Below, piece by piece: positions 49,053 through 58,423 of a stretch of 64,000 nt of DNA. Location: NCBI GenBank assembly GCA_963745025.1, contig CAVUWD010000006.1, positions 256,001 through 320,000 of the forward strand. The letters run 5' to 3'. Position 1 is the stretch's first letter, and each line of letters begins with the position of its first letter. The position numbers were made by a program, and so were the translations under genes. Source of the DNA: an uncultured delta proteobacterium. Lineage in GTDB: Bacteria; Desulfobacterota; Binatia; JACPRU01. The notes under the pieces were generated by a model. The model made no database searches and was not told where the DNA came from. It saw nothing but the letters and a program-made list of their open reading frames with translations.

Positions 49053-51575
49053 ATGGCCGCCAACCCCGAGCGGGACCGGCTCGCCGAGTACCGAGGCAAG
49101 CGCGATCCGGAACGCACCCCCGAGCCCTTCGGCCATTCGCAGGGGCGGATCGAGGCGCCATCGGGCGCGCTGCGGTTCGTCGTGCAGAAGCACGCCGCGC
49201 GGCGTCTGCACTACGACTTGCGGCTCGAGCTCGGCGCCGTGCTCAAGTCGTGGGCGGTGCCGAAGGGCCCGTCGCTCGATCCCGCCGAGACGCGCGTCGC
49301 CGTCGCCGTCGAAGATCATCCGCTCGAGTACGCGAACTTCGAGGGCGTGATCCCCGCGGGCAACTACGGTGCGGGAGAGGTCATCGTCTGGGACCGCGGA
49401 ACCTGGGTTCCCCTCGAGGACCCCGAGAGCGGTCTTGCCAAGGGGAAGCTCCTCTTCGAGCTCAAGGGCTACAAGCTGCGCGGCGTCTGGACGCTCGCCC
49501 GGCTCAAGCGCTCGGTGAAGGATTGGTTGTTGATCAAGAAGGCGGACGCCTGGGCGTCGCCCGCGATGCCGCCGGCCGAAGATTCGGTGCTCTCGGGCTT
49601 GACTCTCGAAGAGCTCCGGGCGGGCAATACCCGCGGAACGGAGATCGTCGCCCGCCTCGAACGGGTCGGCGTGCCGAAGCATCCGGTGCGTGCCAGTGGA
49701 GTGAGGGTGATGCTCGCGGAGACCCGCGAGCGGCCGTTTTCCAGCAAGCAGTGGCTTTTCGAGCTCAAGTACGACGGATACCGCCTGCTGCTCGGGCGCG
49801 AGAGCGGCGAAGCCCGCCTTCTCTACCGCCGCGGCAACGAGGTGAGCGCCACCTTTCCGGAGATCGCGCAAGCCGTCCGCTCGTTGCCCTTCGAGGAGCT
49901 GGTGATGGACGGCGAAGTCGTGGTGCTCGACGAGACCGGGCGGCCGAGCTTCCAGCGCCTGCAGAAGCGCGCTCAGCTGACGCGGCCGCTCGACGTCGCG
50001 CGCGGCGCCCTCGAGCAGCCGGCGACCGCCTACGTCTTCGATCTCCTCGCCTTCGAAGGCTACGATCTGCGACGGCTGCCGCTCGTCGAGCGGAAGCAAA
50101 TCCTCCGCGAGGTCCTCCCCCGCGCCGGTCCGCTCCGCTTCACCGATCACGTGGAGGAGCGCGGCGAGGATCTCTTCGCAGAGATCGGCCGGCTCGGTCT
50201 CGAAGGCATGGTGGCGAAGCGCGCGTCCTCCCTCTACCGCGAAGGGCGCTCCGCGGATTGGCTCAAATTCCGCCACGAGACGACCGGCGATTTCGCAATC
50301 ATCGGCTTCACCGAGCCGAAAGGCTCGCGGTCGGGAATCGGGGCGCTCCACCTCGCCGTGCGCGCGAATGGCGGGCTTCGCTACGCCGGCCGCGTCGGTA
50401 GCGGATTCGACGAGCGCTTGCTTGGCGAGCTGCGGCAGCGACTCGAGGCACGCCGGCTCGCCACCCCCCGCTGCTCGGGCCCGCTCCCGACGGGCAAGGG
50501 CGATCGCTGGGTCGCGCCCGAGCTCGTCTGCGAGGTTCGTTTCAAGGAGTGGACGGGTGACGGCCTCCTTCGTCAGCCGGTCTTTCTGCGGTTACGCGAA
50601 GACAAGAGCGTCGACGACTGCGTCGCCGAGGGCTTCCCGGGTGCGCTTCCCGAGCCGTCCGCCCGAGCAGGCGCGTCTCTGGAGCGCGTCATTCGCTTCA
50701 CCAACCTCGACAAGGTCTTCTGGCCGGAGGAAGGCTACACCAAAGGAGATCTCATCGAGTTCTACCGGAGGGTGTCGCCGTGGCTCCTTGCCTATTTGCG
50801 AGATCGTCCGCTCGTGCTCACGCGCTTTCCCGACGGGATCGCAGGCAAGTCCTTCTATCAGAAGGACGCGCCGGGCTTCGCTCCCGAATGGATCCGCACG
50901 GAGCGAGTGTGGAGCGAGCACGCGGGACGCGAGATCGACTACTTCGTGTGCGACGACGTCGATTCGCTTCTCTATCTCGTGAACCTCGGCACGATCCCGC
51001 TTCATCTCTGGTCGAGCCGGGTCGGCAGCCTGGAGCGGCCCGACTGGTGCATCCTCGATCTCGATCCCAAGGGGGCGCCGTTCCGCGACGTCGTGGCGCT
51101 CGCGCTGGCCATTCGTCGGCTCTGCGACTCGATCGAGCTGCCCGCGTTCGTCAAGACGAGCGGAGCGACGGGCCTCCACGTTCTCGTTCCGCTCGGCGCC
51201 CAGCATACCTACGAGGAGTCGCGCTCGCTCGGTGAGCTGCTCGCGCGCGTCGTCAACCGCGAGCACCCCGACATCTCGACGATCCTCCGCAAGGTCAGCG
51301 ACCGGGCGGGCCGCGTGTATCTCGACTACCTGCAAAACCGCCACGGCCAGACGATCGCCGGACCCTTCAGCGTCCGTCCACTGCCGGGCGCGCCGGTATC
51401 GACGCCGCTTCGTTGGACCGAGGTCGGCGCGCGCCTCGATCCACGCCGCTTCACGATCACGACGCTGCCCGCGCGACTCGACCGCCGTCCCGAGGACCCG
51501 CTACGCGAGGTCCTGACGCAGAAGCCCGACCTCGCACGTGCGCTCGAACGGCTCGCCGGGAGGCTGGCCCGCTGA
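49053..51575 (+). CDS. ligD: DNA ligase D (phosphoesterase-ligase-polymerase)
   Basis: VQKHAARRLHYDLRLE (PE), ELKYDGYR (LIG), DLDP and KTSGATGLH (POL). Confidence 0.95.
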   Translation: MAANPERDRLAEYRGKRDPERTPEPFGHSQGRIEAPSGALRFVVQKHAARRLHYDLRLELGAVLKSWAVPKGPSLDPAETRVAVAVEDHPLEYANFEGVIPAGNYGAGEVIVWDRGTWVPLEDPESGLAKGKLLFELKGYKLRGVWTLARLKRSVKDWLLIKKADAWASPAMPPAEDSVLSGLTLEELRAGNTRGTEIVARLERVGVPKHPVRASGVRVMLAETRERPFSSKQWLFELKYDGYRLLLGRESGEARLLYRRGNEVSATFPEIAQAVRSLPFEELVMDGEVVVLDETGRPSFQRLQKRAQLTRPLDVARGALEQPATAYVFDLLAFEGYDLRRLPLVERKQILREVLPRAGPLRFTDHVEERGEDLFAEIGRLGLEGMVAKRASSLYREGRSADWLKFRHETTGDFAIIGFTEPKGSRSGIGALHLAVRANGGLRYAGRVGSGFDERLLGELRQRLEARRLATPRCSGPLPTGKGDRWVAPELVCEVRFKEWTGDGLLRQPVFLRLREDKSVDDCVAEGFPGALPEPSARAGASLERVIRFTNLDKVFWPEEGYTKGDLIEFYRRVSPWLLAYLRDRPLVLTRFPDGIAGKSFYQKDAPGFAPEWIRTERVWSEHAGREIDYFVCDDVDSLLYLVNLGTIPLHLWSSRVGSLERPDWCILDLDPKGAPFRDVVALALAIRRLCDSIELPAFVKTSGATGLHVLVPLGAQHTYEESRSLGELLARVVNREHPDISTILRKVSDRAGRVYLDYLQNRHGQTIAGPFSVRPLPGAPVSTPLRWTEVGARLDPRRFTITTLPARLDRRPEDPLREVLTQKPDLARALERLAGRLAR

Positions 51576-51681
51576 CGCACGGCTCGTATCGTTGCTTCGA
51601 ACGAGCCCCGGCGAATGGGCTCGACGCGGAACACGATGCGAATCGTGAAACGCCCGACCGCGACATCGCTCGCGAAGTGAC

Positions 51682-52383
51682 TCACGGCCACGTGCCAAGC
51701 AGCGGATCGTCGTCCTCGGCGACGATCCGTTCGAGCCGCCGAACGGCTTCGGCCTTGAGCTGGCGCTTTACGACAGCATACGCCGGTGCCGCAGCGAGAG
51801 AGGCTGCACGCGCCACCGCCGCGTCTCGCAGCCGACCCGGCTCGACGAGCTCGTCGAGGAATCCTGCCGCGGAGGACGCCGTCGGCTCGAACACCTGGCC
51901 GCTCAAGACCAGGCTTCGCGCAGCAGAGTGATCGAGCTCGGCGAGCACCACCGTCATCGGTCCCGCGGGGTACGGGATTCCCGCCGTGACCTCCGTGAGG
52001 CCGAGTTGATAGCGGCCGGCGGCAGCGAGCCGGAAATCACAGGCGAGGGCGAGGACGAGGCCGCCACCGAGCGCATGGCCGCCGATGGCCGCGACGGTCG
52101 GTTTCTCGAAGCGATAGAGCGCGAGGATCGTCCGGTTGATGGCACGGACCATTTCTCGGCGCGTGGCCGCGTCATAGTGGGGAACGGTCTTGACGTCGAT
52201 CCCCGCGGAGAAGATCTCATCCCCACCGGTGAGCACCACGCCGCGGCAACTTCGGGCACCCGCCGCTTCGAGCAACGCATCGCCGATCGCCCGTACGAGC
52301 GTGAGGTCGATCGCGTTGACGGGCGGGCGGACGAGGGCGAGCACGCGGATGCCGTCCCGATCGGAGGATTCGACGAGTGGCAT
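51682..52383 (-). CDS. Enoyl-CoA hydratase/isomerase family protein
   Basis: FSAGID, GHALGGG, LACDFR and LTEV. Confidence 0.88.
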   Translation of the reverse strand: MPLVESSDRDGIRVLALVRPPVNAIDLTLVRAIGDALLEAAGARSCRGVVLTGGDEIFSAGIDVKTVPHYDAATRREMVRAINRTILALYRFEKPTVAAIGGHALGGGLVLALACDFRLAAAGRYQLGLTEVTAGIPYPAGPMTVVLAELDHSAARSLVLSGQVFEPTASSAAGFLDELVEPGRLRDAAVARAASLAAAPAYAVVKRQLKAEAVRRLERIVAEDDDPLLGTWP

Positions 52384-52442
52384 GAGAGCCCCCTTTTCCT
52401 AAGGTTCGGGTGCGAAGGCCGACACGTGACCGCACGCCGCGG

Positions 52443-52544
52443 TGCGGCGAGCTTCTGCAACTCGCGCATCCGCTCGTCGTTGCCGGGGATCGGGCGAACC
52501 CGCAACGTCTCGAGATCGCCATAGCCGCCGCCGAGCGCGTATCG
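52443..52544 (-). pseudogene. Remnant of a paralogous peroxiredoxin C-terminus
   Basis: Frame reads RYALGGGYGDLETLRVRPIPGNDERMRELQKL, resembling RYSLAGSYMEGSKSRSLPSNEEILREVAK of the upstream gene. Confidence 0.5.
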
Positions 52545-52568
52545 CGAGTTGCCCGACGACGATGCCGC

Positions 52569-53195
52569 TCATGAGGCGCGCCCGCTCGCGCCGGGGTCGT
52601 CTCTCCACGGGGATTCGCACTTCGCGACCTCGCGGAGGATCTCCTCGTTGCTCGGGAGCGATCGGCTCTTGCTGCCCTCCATGTACGAGCCCGCGAGCGA
52701 GTAACGGACCACGCCTCGTTTGTCGACGATGACGAAGCCCATGTCGTCGTCGTTGAGGAGCTTTCGCGTCTCGTCGAGCGGGGGAAGGAAGTCGCCGAAG
52801 TCGTTCGCTGGCTTTTCGGCCATCGCGCCCTGGATGAAGCCGCGAACGTAGTGACCGAGGCCGTGGCTGCGCTGACCTAGCCCCCACTCGCGGCGGACCT
52901 GATAATCCGGGTCACAGAGGTAGGGGAACGGCAGCGTGAACTTCTTCGCGTAGGCCTGAGCCCGGGAGACCCCGGACACCGACACCTCCAGGATCTCGGC
53001 ATCGAGCTTCTGCAGGTCGCCGTAGGCTCGCGAGAGCTGCGACATCTGCGCGCGGCAGAACGGGCAGGCCATGCCCTTGGTGAACCAAACGATGACGTTC
53101 TTCTTGCCGCGGAAATCGTCCAGACCAATCTCCGCGCCCTGCGCCGACGGCAATCGGAACGACGGCGCAGGCTGTCCCACGGCGACTTCTGACAT
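52569..53195 (-). CDS. Peroxiredoxin-like (AhpC/TSA) protein
   Basis: VGQPAPSFRLP, CPFC and LPFPYLCDP. Alternative start at 53216. Confidence 0.8.
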   Translation of the reverse strand: MSEVAVGQPAPSFRLPSAQGAEIGLDDFRGKKNVIVWFTKGMACPFCRAQMSQLSRAYGDLQKLDAEILEVSVSGVSRAQAYAKKFTLPFPYLCDPDYQVRREWGLGQRSHGLGHYVRGFIQGAMAEKPANDFGDFLPPLDETRKLLNDDDMGFVIVDKRGVVRYSLAGSYMEGSKSRSLPSNEEILREVAKCESPWRDDPGASGRAS

Positions 53196-53218
53196 CGGTC
53201 TATCCTCCCTCGCCATTG

Positions 53219-56200
53219 CTAGCAGAGAAACGGCAACACGAGAAAACTATCGCTCGACCACCCGGCGGCCTCCTGGACCGCACGGCTGCGCGCCAGCCAC
53301 CGCTCGGCCTCCTCCTCGTCCTCCTCCTCGATCGCCAGCGTCGCCAGACCGTCGTAGCAGGGAAAGAGCAGCTGCGGCTCGCCGAGCGCCTCCGCCAATG
53401 CGAGCGCTTCGCGGTATCGTTCGCCGCTCCGCGCATAGTCACCGCGACACTGATAGATCTGCGCGAGGATGATCATCGGAATCGGCAGGTGGCTGTGCTG
53501 GCCGAGGCGCCGGTCGAGGTCGATGGCCGCCTCCGCCGCCTTGACTCCTTCGTCGTAGTCGCCGGCGAGCGTGCAGTGGCCGCCGGCCAGCGCGCAGTAG
53601 AGCCAGGACTGCTGCAGCTGATCCCCGATCCGCTGCGCGAGCGCGAGCCCCTCGCGACAGTATTGCGCGGAGCGTTCGTGATCGAGGCTCGTGAACATCA
53701 CCGCGAGGTTGGCGTAGGCTCGGCACGCAACCGCCGACAAATCGTGCGCGAGCGCCGTCTCCAAGCTCTTCTGCACGGTCGCGGCGCCGCGCTCGAGCTC
53801 CCCCGCGCGGGCGAGAGCGACGCCGAGCGTGTTGTACGCGTGGGAGACCACGTCGGGCGCACCAAGCCGCTCGCCGAGCGCCAGCGCTTTCCCCGCCCAC
53901 TCGGTGGCACGCGGATTGTCGCCGAGTCGAAAGTGGATGCGCCCGAGCTCGTCGTAGAGCCTCGCCGCTTCGAGGTTGTCGGCGGCGCCGTCGAGCGCCG
54001 CGAGGCCGGCGTCGAGCTCACCGAGCGCGAGCTCGGTCTGGCCTGCCGCCCAACGGGCGGCCGCGCACTTGCGCCGCAGATCGGCGATCCTGGGGCGGTC
54101 GTCGCTCTGGGACACGCAAGCCAGCGCGGCCGCCCAATGCTCGAGCGCCACGGCGATGACGCCGCGCGCGAACGCAACGTCACCGAGCCGATCGAGCACG
54201 GTCGATCGTTCGCCCGCGAGCTCGGCATGCGCATCGATCAACGCGAGCGCGTCGCCGTAGCGGGCTTCGGCATCCTCGTAGGCGAAGAGACGCGCCGCGC
54301 GTGCGCCTACGCGGAGAACGTATTCCAACGACTTCGCACGCTCGCCGCTCTGACCGTAGTGACGAGCGAGGTCCTGCAGCACTTCTTCGGTGCGATCGGC
54401 GTAGAGGCGCTCGAGCGCCCGGCCGGCCTGGCCGTGGAGCTCCGCGCGCGACTTCAGAAGCAGCCCCTGGTAGGCGACGTCGCGGATCAACGCCTGCGCG
54501 AACGACAGGCGGAGCTCGGGGAACAGCTCCTTCTCGTGAAGGAGCTCGAGCGCGACGAGCTCGGAAACCCCGCCTCGCGCGTCTTCACCTTCGGGCGTCA
54601 TGGCCTCGAGCACCCGCAACGGAAACTCCCGCCCGAGCACCGAGGCACGCTGGAGGATGCGCTTCAGCGGCTCGCGCAGCCGGTCGATTCGAGCGGTCAA
54701 GAGGTCGTGGATCGTCTCGGGTACGCCGCCGCCCGCCCCTTCTCCGCGGCCCCGCAGGTAGCCGGCGAGCTCTTCAATGAAGAAGGGATTGCCCTCGGCG
54801 CGATCGACAACCAGATCGCACAGCGACCGCGCGTCCGGCGCCGGCAGCAGCGCCCCGACCATTCGCATCGCTGCCGCCGGCGCCAGCGGCTCGAGCGTGA
54901 GGCGTTGATGGAAGCTCCGCTCCTGCCACGGCGGGACATAGCCCGAGCGGTAGGTGCAGAGAACGAGCATGCGCCGGTCGGCGAGCGTGTCGATCAGCGA
55001 GCGCAGCGCTTCTTCGGAGCTGCGATCGATCCACTGCAGGTCCTCGACGAGAAGCAGCTGCGGGCGGTCTTCGGCCGCGCGGAACACCAGCGCCTTGATC
55101 GCTTCGAGCGTGCGGCGCTTGCGCTGCGCTTGATCGAGGCCCTCGGTCTCGAGCTCGGGCGCCGGCAGCGCGAACAGCAGCTTGCAGTACGGCACGGCCC
55201 ACGCCAGCCGCGGATCGAGTCGCCCGACCCCGCTCGCCAGCTTCGCGATCTGGGCGCTTTCCGTCTCGCCTTCCTCGAGCCCGAACTGCGAGCGCAGAAG
55301 TTCGACGACGATCCGGAACGGCGCCGCTTCGCCGTGTGGAAGGCAATCGGCCTTCAGGAACCCGAACGACGTTCCTTCGAGGCGTCGGCGAAGCTCGTAG
55401 GCGAGCCTCGATTTCCCCGACCCGGCGTCGCCGACGAGGGACACGGCCTGCCCGCGCCCGGCGCCCACGCGCTCGCAGCAATCGGCTAGAAACTCGAACT
55501 CACCCTCACGGCCGACGAGCGGGCTGAGACCGCGCTCGACCGCTGAGTCGAAGCGGGTGCGCTGCGCGCGCGCGCCGGTCACCGCGAACGCACGCACCGG
55601 ACGGTCGATGCCCTTGACGGTCAGCTCGCCGCGATCCTCGGTCACGAAATCGCGGCTCGCGAGACGGTGCGTCGCCTCGCTCACGAGCACGCCACCCGGC
55701 TGGCCGGCTTGTTGCAGGCGGGCCGCGAGGTTCACCGTCTCTCCCTGCGCCGTATAGTCCATGCGCAGGTCGTCGCCGATCTTGCCGACCACCACGGGGC
55801 CGGTATTGAGGCCGACGCGCAGGCCGAACTCCAAGCCGCGCTCGCGCCGAAGGTCGGCCGCATAGCCGGCGAGCGACTTCTGAATCGCCAGCGCCGCGGC
55901 GATGGCGCGCACGGCGTGATCCTCGTGGGCGATCGGCGCGCCGAAGAGCGCCATGACCCCGTCTCCCGTGAACTGATTCACGGTGCCCTCGTAGCGGTGC
56001 ACGGCCTCCGTCACGCGGTGGAAGCACCCGTCCATGATCTCGTGCAGCTCCTCGGGATCGACCCGCGTCGACAAGGACGTGAATCCGGCAACGTCGGCGA
56101 AGAGAACCGTCACTTGCTTGCGCTCGCCCTCGATCGCGCCCCGACTGGTGAGGATCTTCTCCGCGAGATGACGCGGCGTGTACGATCCCGGTGAGGGGGG

Positions 56201-56374
56201 GGCGGGCTTGGCCACGGCGGGGCCTGCAACCGACACTCCGCACGCGTCGCAAAAGCGCGCGCCATCCGGCAGCTCCGCGCCACAGCTTGCGCACGCACGC
56301 GGCAGCGGCGCCCCGCAGGCGGCGCAGAACTTGGCCTGCGATCGGTTTTCGTGGCTGCAAGAGGAACAACGCAT
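53219..56374 (-). CDS. Zinc-ribbon / class III nucleotide cyclase / STAND ATPase / TPR protein
   Basis: Double zinc ribbon; LFADVAGFT, GDGVMALFG and VNLAARL cyclase motifs; GDAGSGKS P-loop; VEDLQWID; GNPFF; C-terminal TPRs. Confidence 0.9.
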   Translation of the reverse strand: MRCSSCSHENRSQAKFCAACGAPLPRACASCGAELPDGARFCDACGVSVAGPAVAKPAPPSPGSYTPRHLAEKILTSRGAIEGERKQVTVLFADVAGFTSLSTRVDPEELHEIMDGCFHRVTEAVHRYEGTVNQFTGDGVMALFGAPIAHEDHAVRAIAAALAIQKSLAGYAADLRRERGLEFGLRVGLNTGPVVVGKIGDDLRMDYTAQGETVNLAARLQQAGQPGGVLVSEATHRLASRDFVTEDRGELTVKGIDRPVRAFAVTGARAQRTRFDSAVERGLSPLVGREGEFEFLADCCERVGAGRGQAVSLVGDAGSGKSRLAYELRRRLEGTSFGFLKADCLPHGEAAPFRIVVELLRSQFGLEEGETESAQIAKLASGVGRLDPRLAWAVPYCKLLFALPAPELETEGLDQAQRKRRTLEAIKALVFRAAEDRPQLLLVEDLQWIDRSSEEALRSLIDTLADRRMLVLCTYRSGYVPPWQERSFHQRLTLEPLAPAAAMRMVGALLPAPDARSLCDLVVDRAEGNPFFIEELAGYLRGRGEGAGGGVPETIHDLLTARIDRLREPLKRILQRASVLGREFPLRVLEAMTPEGEDARGGVSELVALELLHEKELFPELRLSFAQALIRDVAYQGLLLKSRAELHGQAGRALERLYADRTEEVLQDLARHYGQSGERAKSLEYVLRVGARAARLFAYEDAEARYGDALALIDAHAELAGERSTVLDRLGDVAFARGVIAVALEHWAAALACVSQSDDRPRIADLRRKCAAARWAAGQTELALGELDAGLAALDGAADNLEAARLYDELGRIHFRLGDNPRATEWAGKALALGERLGAPDVVSHAYNTLGVALARAGELERGAATVQKSLETALAHDLSAVACRAYANLAVMFTSLDHERSAQYCREGLALAQRIGDQLQQSWLYCALAGGHCTLAGDYDEGVKAAEAAIDLDRRLGQHSHLPIPMIILAQIYQCRGDYARSGERYREALALAEALGEPQLLFPCYDGLATLAIEEEDEEEAERWLARSRAVQEAAGWSSDSFLVLPFLC

Positions 56375-56404
56375 GGTCGTAGGGCTACAGGCCACGAGCT
56401 ACAG

Positions 56405-56535
56405 GTTTGCTGCGAATTTTGAGCAACGCTGGAGTTTCCGGTCGGGACGTACTCGGCCCGACCGGAAACTCCAGCCACCGCGCGGAGCGCGGTAAACAAT
56501 AGACGAACCCAGAGAGTTGCACGCCTCCGCGCTGC
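56405..56535. repeat. Partial inverted copy of the MITE family (copy D)
   Basis: CGCTGGAGTTTCCGGTCGGGAC-GTACTC-GGCCCGACCGGAAACTCCAGCCACCGCGCGGAGCGCGGTAAACAATAGAC resembles the reverse complement of 28759-28837. Confidence 0.7.
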
Positions 56536-56602
56536 CGCGGCAGTCGAAGCAAGACCGTGGGGAAGTACCCTTCATGAATTCGTCCCCGAAGCCCGAAGCC
56601 TC

Positions 56603-58423
56603 CTAAATATTATAGCTCGCGCCGCCGGCGAGCTCCGCTCCGGCCTTGCGGACGAGCGGCTGGCTACCGAGATCGCCCCGAGCCGGCATCTTCCGCCGGG
56701 CTCGCGCAATCGCTCGGCGAAGCGAGCCGAGCTGACGATCGTCGGTGAGCAGCACGTTGTCGGGGCCGAGCACCTCGCCGAGGTGTGAGCGCATGACCTG
56801 CGCGTGCAGCTCGGGTTTGAGACCGCACAGCATCAAGCGTCCGCCCTTGGCCTGGAACTGGATGGCGAACGTCGCCAGCGACTCGGCCGCCGTGGCGTCG
56901 ATCGCGTGGGCGCGCTTCATGCGGATGATGATCGCCCGCGCGCCGTTGGCGGCGATTCGCGAGAGGTGCTCCTCGAGCTCCTCGACCACCCCGAAGAAAA
57001 GATCGCCCTCGATCGCCAGCAATACGAGCGCGCTCGATCCCGTCCGCGCGTCGATCTCGATCTCGCGGTAGAAGCGCGGCGCCGCTTCCACCATCTCCAC
57101 CATCTGCAGCTGGCCAATCCGGCGCACGAGCATCGTCAGCGACATGACGACGCCCAGATAGATCGCGTACTGGATCTGAAAGACCAGCGTCGAGACGTAG
57201 GTGATGACCAGCACGACCGCGTCGGCGCGGCTCCATCTCCAGACGTAGCGAGCCGACTCGAGATCGACCATCAACACCGCAATCCACATGATGATGGCGC
57301 CGAGACAGGCGCGCGGAACGTAACGAGCCCCCGGCCCGAGAAGCAGCATGATGGCGAGGACCGTGAGACCGGCGATCACTCCCACCCAGCGCGTCTTGGA
57401 GCCCATCTGCAAGTTGATCGCGCTGCGCGTCCAGCTCGCCGAGGTGGGCATGCAGCCGAAGAACGCGCCCACCACGTTGCCCATGCCCTTTGCGACGAGC
57501 TCTTGGTTGGCGTAGAATTTCACCTGCGCCTTGGCGGAGAGCGCCTTGCCGATCGAGATCGCCTCGACCATGCCGAGGATGGCAATCGCGAAGCTCGCCG
57601 GAAGCACCTGGTGCACGCGATCGAGGGAGAGCAGTGGCACCGTGATCCCCGGCAAGCCGCTTGGGACCTCACCGACGACTCGCACCGCGAGAGGGCCGTC
57701 CTCCCATCCGAGCACGTGCGCGCCCACTGCCGTGACGATGATCGCGATCATCGCGCCGGGGATCAGGCGCGAGATCCGTGCGCAGCCGAGAACGATCATC
57801 CACGTGACCACCGCGATCGCGAGCGCTCGCGGGTCCGCACTCCGGAGGTGGGAGAGCAGATTTTCGATCGACTGGATCAAGCGCGGCGACGATTCGACCG
57901 ACACGCCGAGCACGTTGTGGATCTGGTCGGTGAAGATCAGAGTTGCGGCGCCGAGCGTGAACCCCACCAGGACCGCCTGCGACACGTAGCGACCGAACGC
58001 GCCGAGCCGGAGCGCGCCCGCCGCGATCTGGATCAGGCCCATCGTCAGCACGATGAGCAGCATCAAGGGCACGGCTTCCTGCGGGCCGAGCGAAAACGAG
58101 GCGACGAGCGCACCAACGACCAGCGCGGAGGTGTTCGTCGAGCCGGTGATGAGAAACGGAGAGCTGCGGATGAGCGCCGCGACGATCGTCGGCACGATCA
58201 TCGCGTAGAGACCGTGCTCGGGCGGAACGTGCGCGATGAGCGCGAAGGCAATCCCCTGCGGAACCGCGAGGATCCCTGTCGTCACACCCGCGAGGAGGTC
58301 CCCTCGAAAGACCGAGCTCCCACCTTCGGCCGCCTCGGTCGCCGTTGCTTTCCCTGTGATGATGCCCGGGGATGCGCTGTCGGAGCCGGCCTCCACGAGC
58401 CGATTATGGAGAAGCGCCGGCAA
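56603..58423 (-). CDS. SulP/SLC26 anion permease with STAS domain
   Basis: DLLAGVT...VPQGIAFA, NQELVAKG and RSAIN; C-terminal STAS (GDLFFG, IDATA). The start is uncertain. Confidence 0.9.
   Translation of the reverse strand: MPALLHNRLVEAGSDSASPGIITGKATATEAAEGGSSVFRGDLLAGVTTGILAVPQGIAFALIAHVPPEHGLYAMIVPTIVAALIRSSPFLITGSTNTSALVVGALVASFSLGPQEAVPLMLLIVLTMGLIQIAAGALRLGAFGRYVSQAVLVGFTLGAATLIFTDQIHNVLGVSVESSPRLIQSIENLLSHLRSADPRALAIAVVTWMIVLGCARISRLIPGAMIAIIVTAVGAHVLGWEDGPLAVRVVGEVPSGLPGITVPLLSLDRVHQVLPASFAIAILGMVEAISIGKALSAKAQVKFYANQELVAKGMGNVVGAFFGCMPTSASWTRSAINLQMGSKTRWVGVIAGLTVLAIMLLLGPGARYVPRACLGAIIMWIAVLMVDLESARYVWRWSRADAVVLVITYVSTLVFQIQYAIYLGVVMSLTMLVRRIGQLQMVEMVEAAPRFYREIEIDARTGSSALVLLAIEGDLFFGVVEELEEHLSRIAANGARAIIIRMKRAHAIDATAAESLATFAIQFQAKGGRLMLCGLKPELHAQVMRSHLGEVLGPDNVLLTDDRQLGSLRRAIARARRKMPARGDLGSQPLVRKAGAELAGGASYNI

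Noticed and set aside
53216-55489. Long opposite-strand ORFs (757 aa here; also 59750-62245, 25010-26563 and the 5' extension of 48129-50351)
   Set aside because: Shadow ORFs antisense to well-supported genes, expected in GC-rich DNA, with no recognisable motifs.
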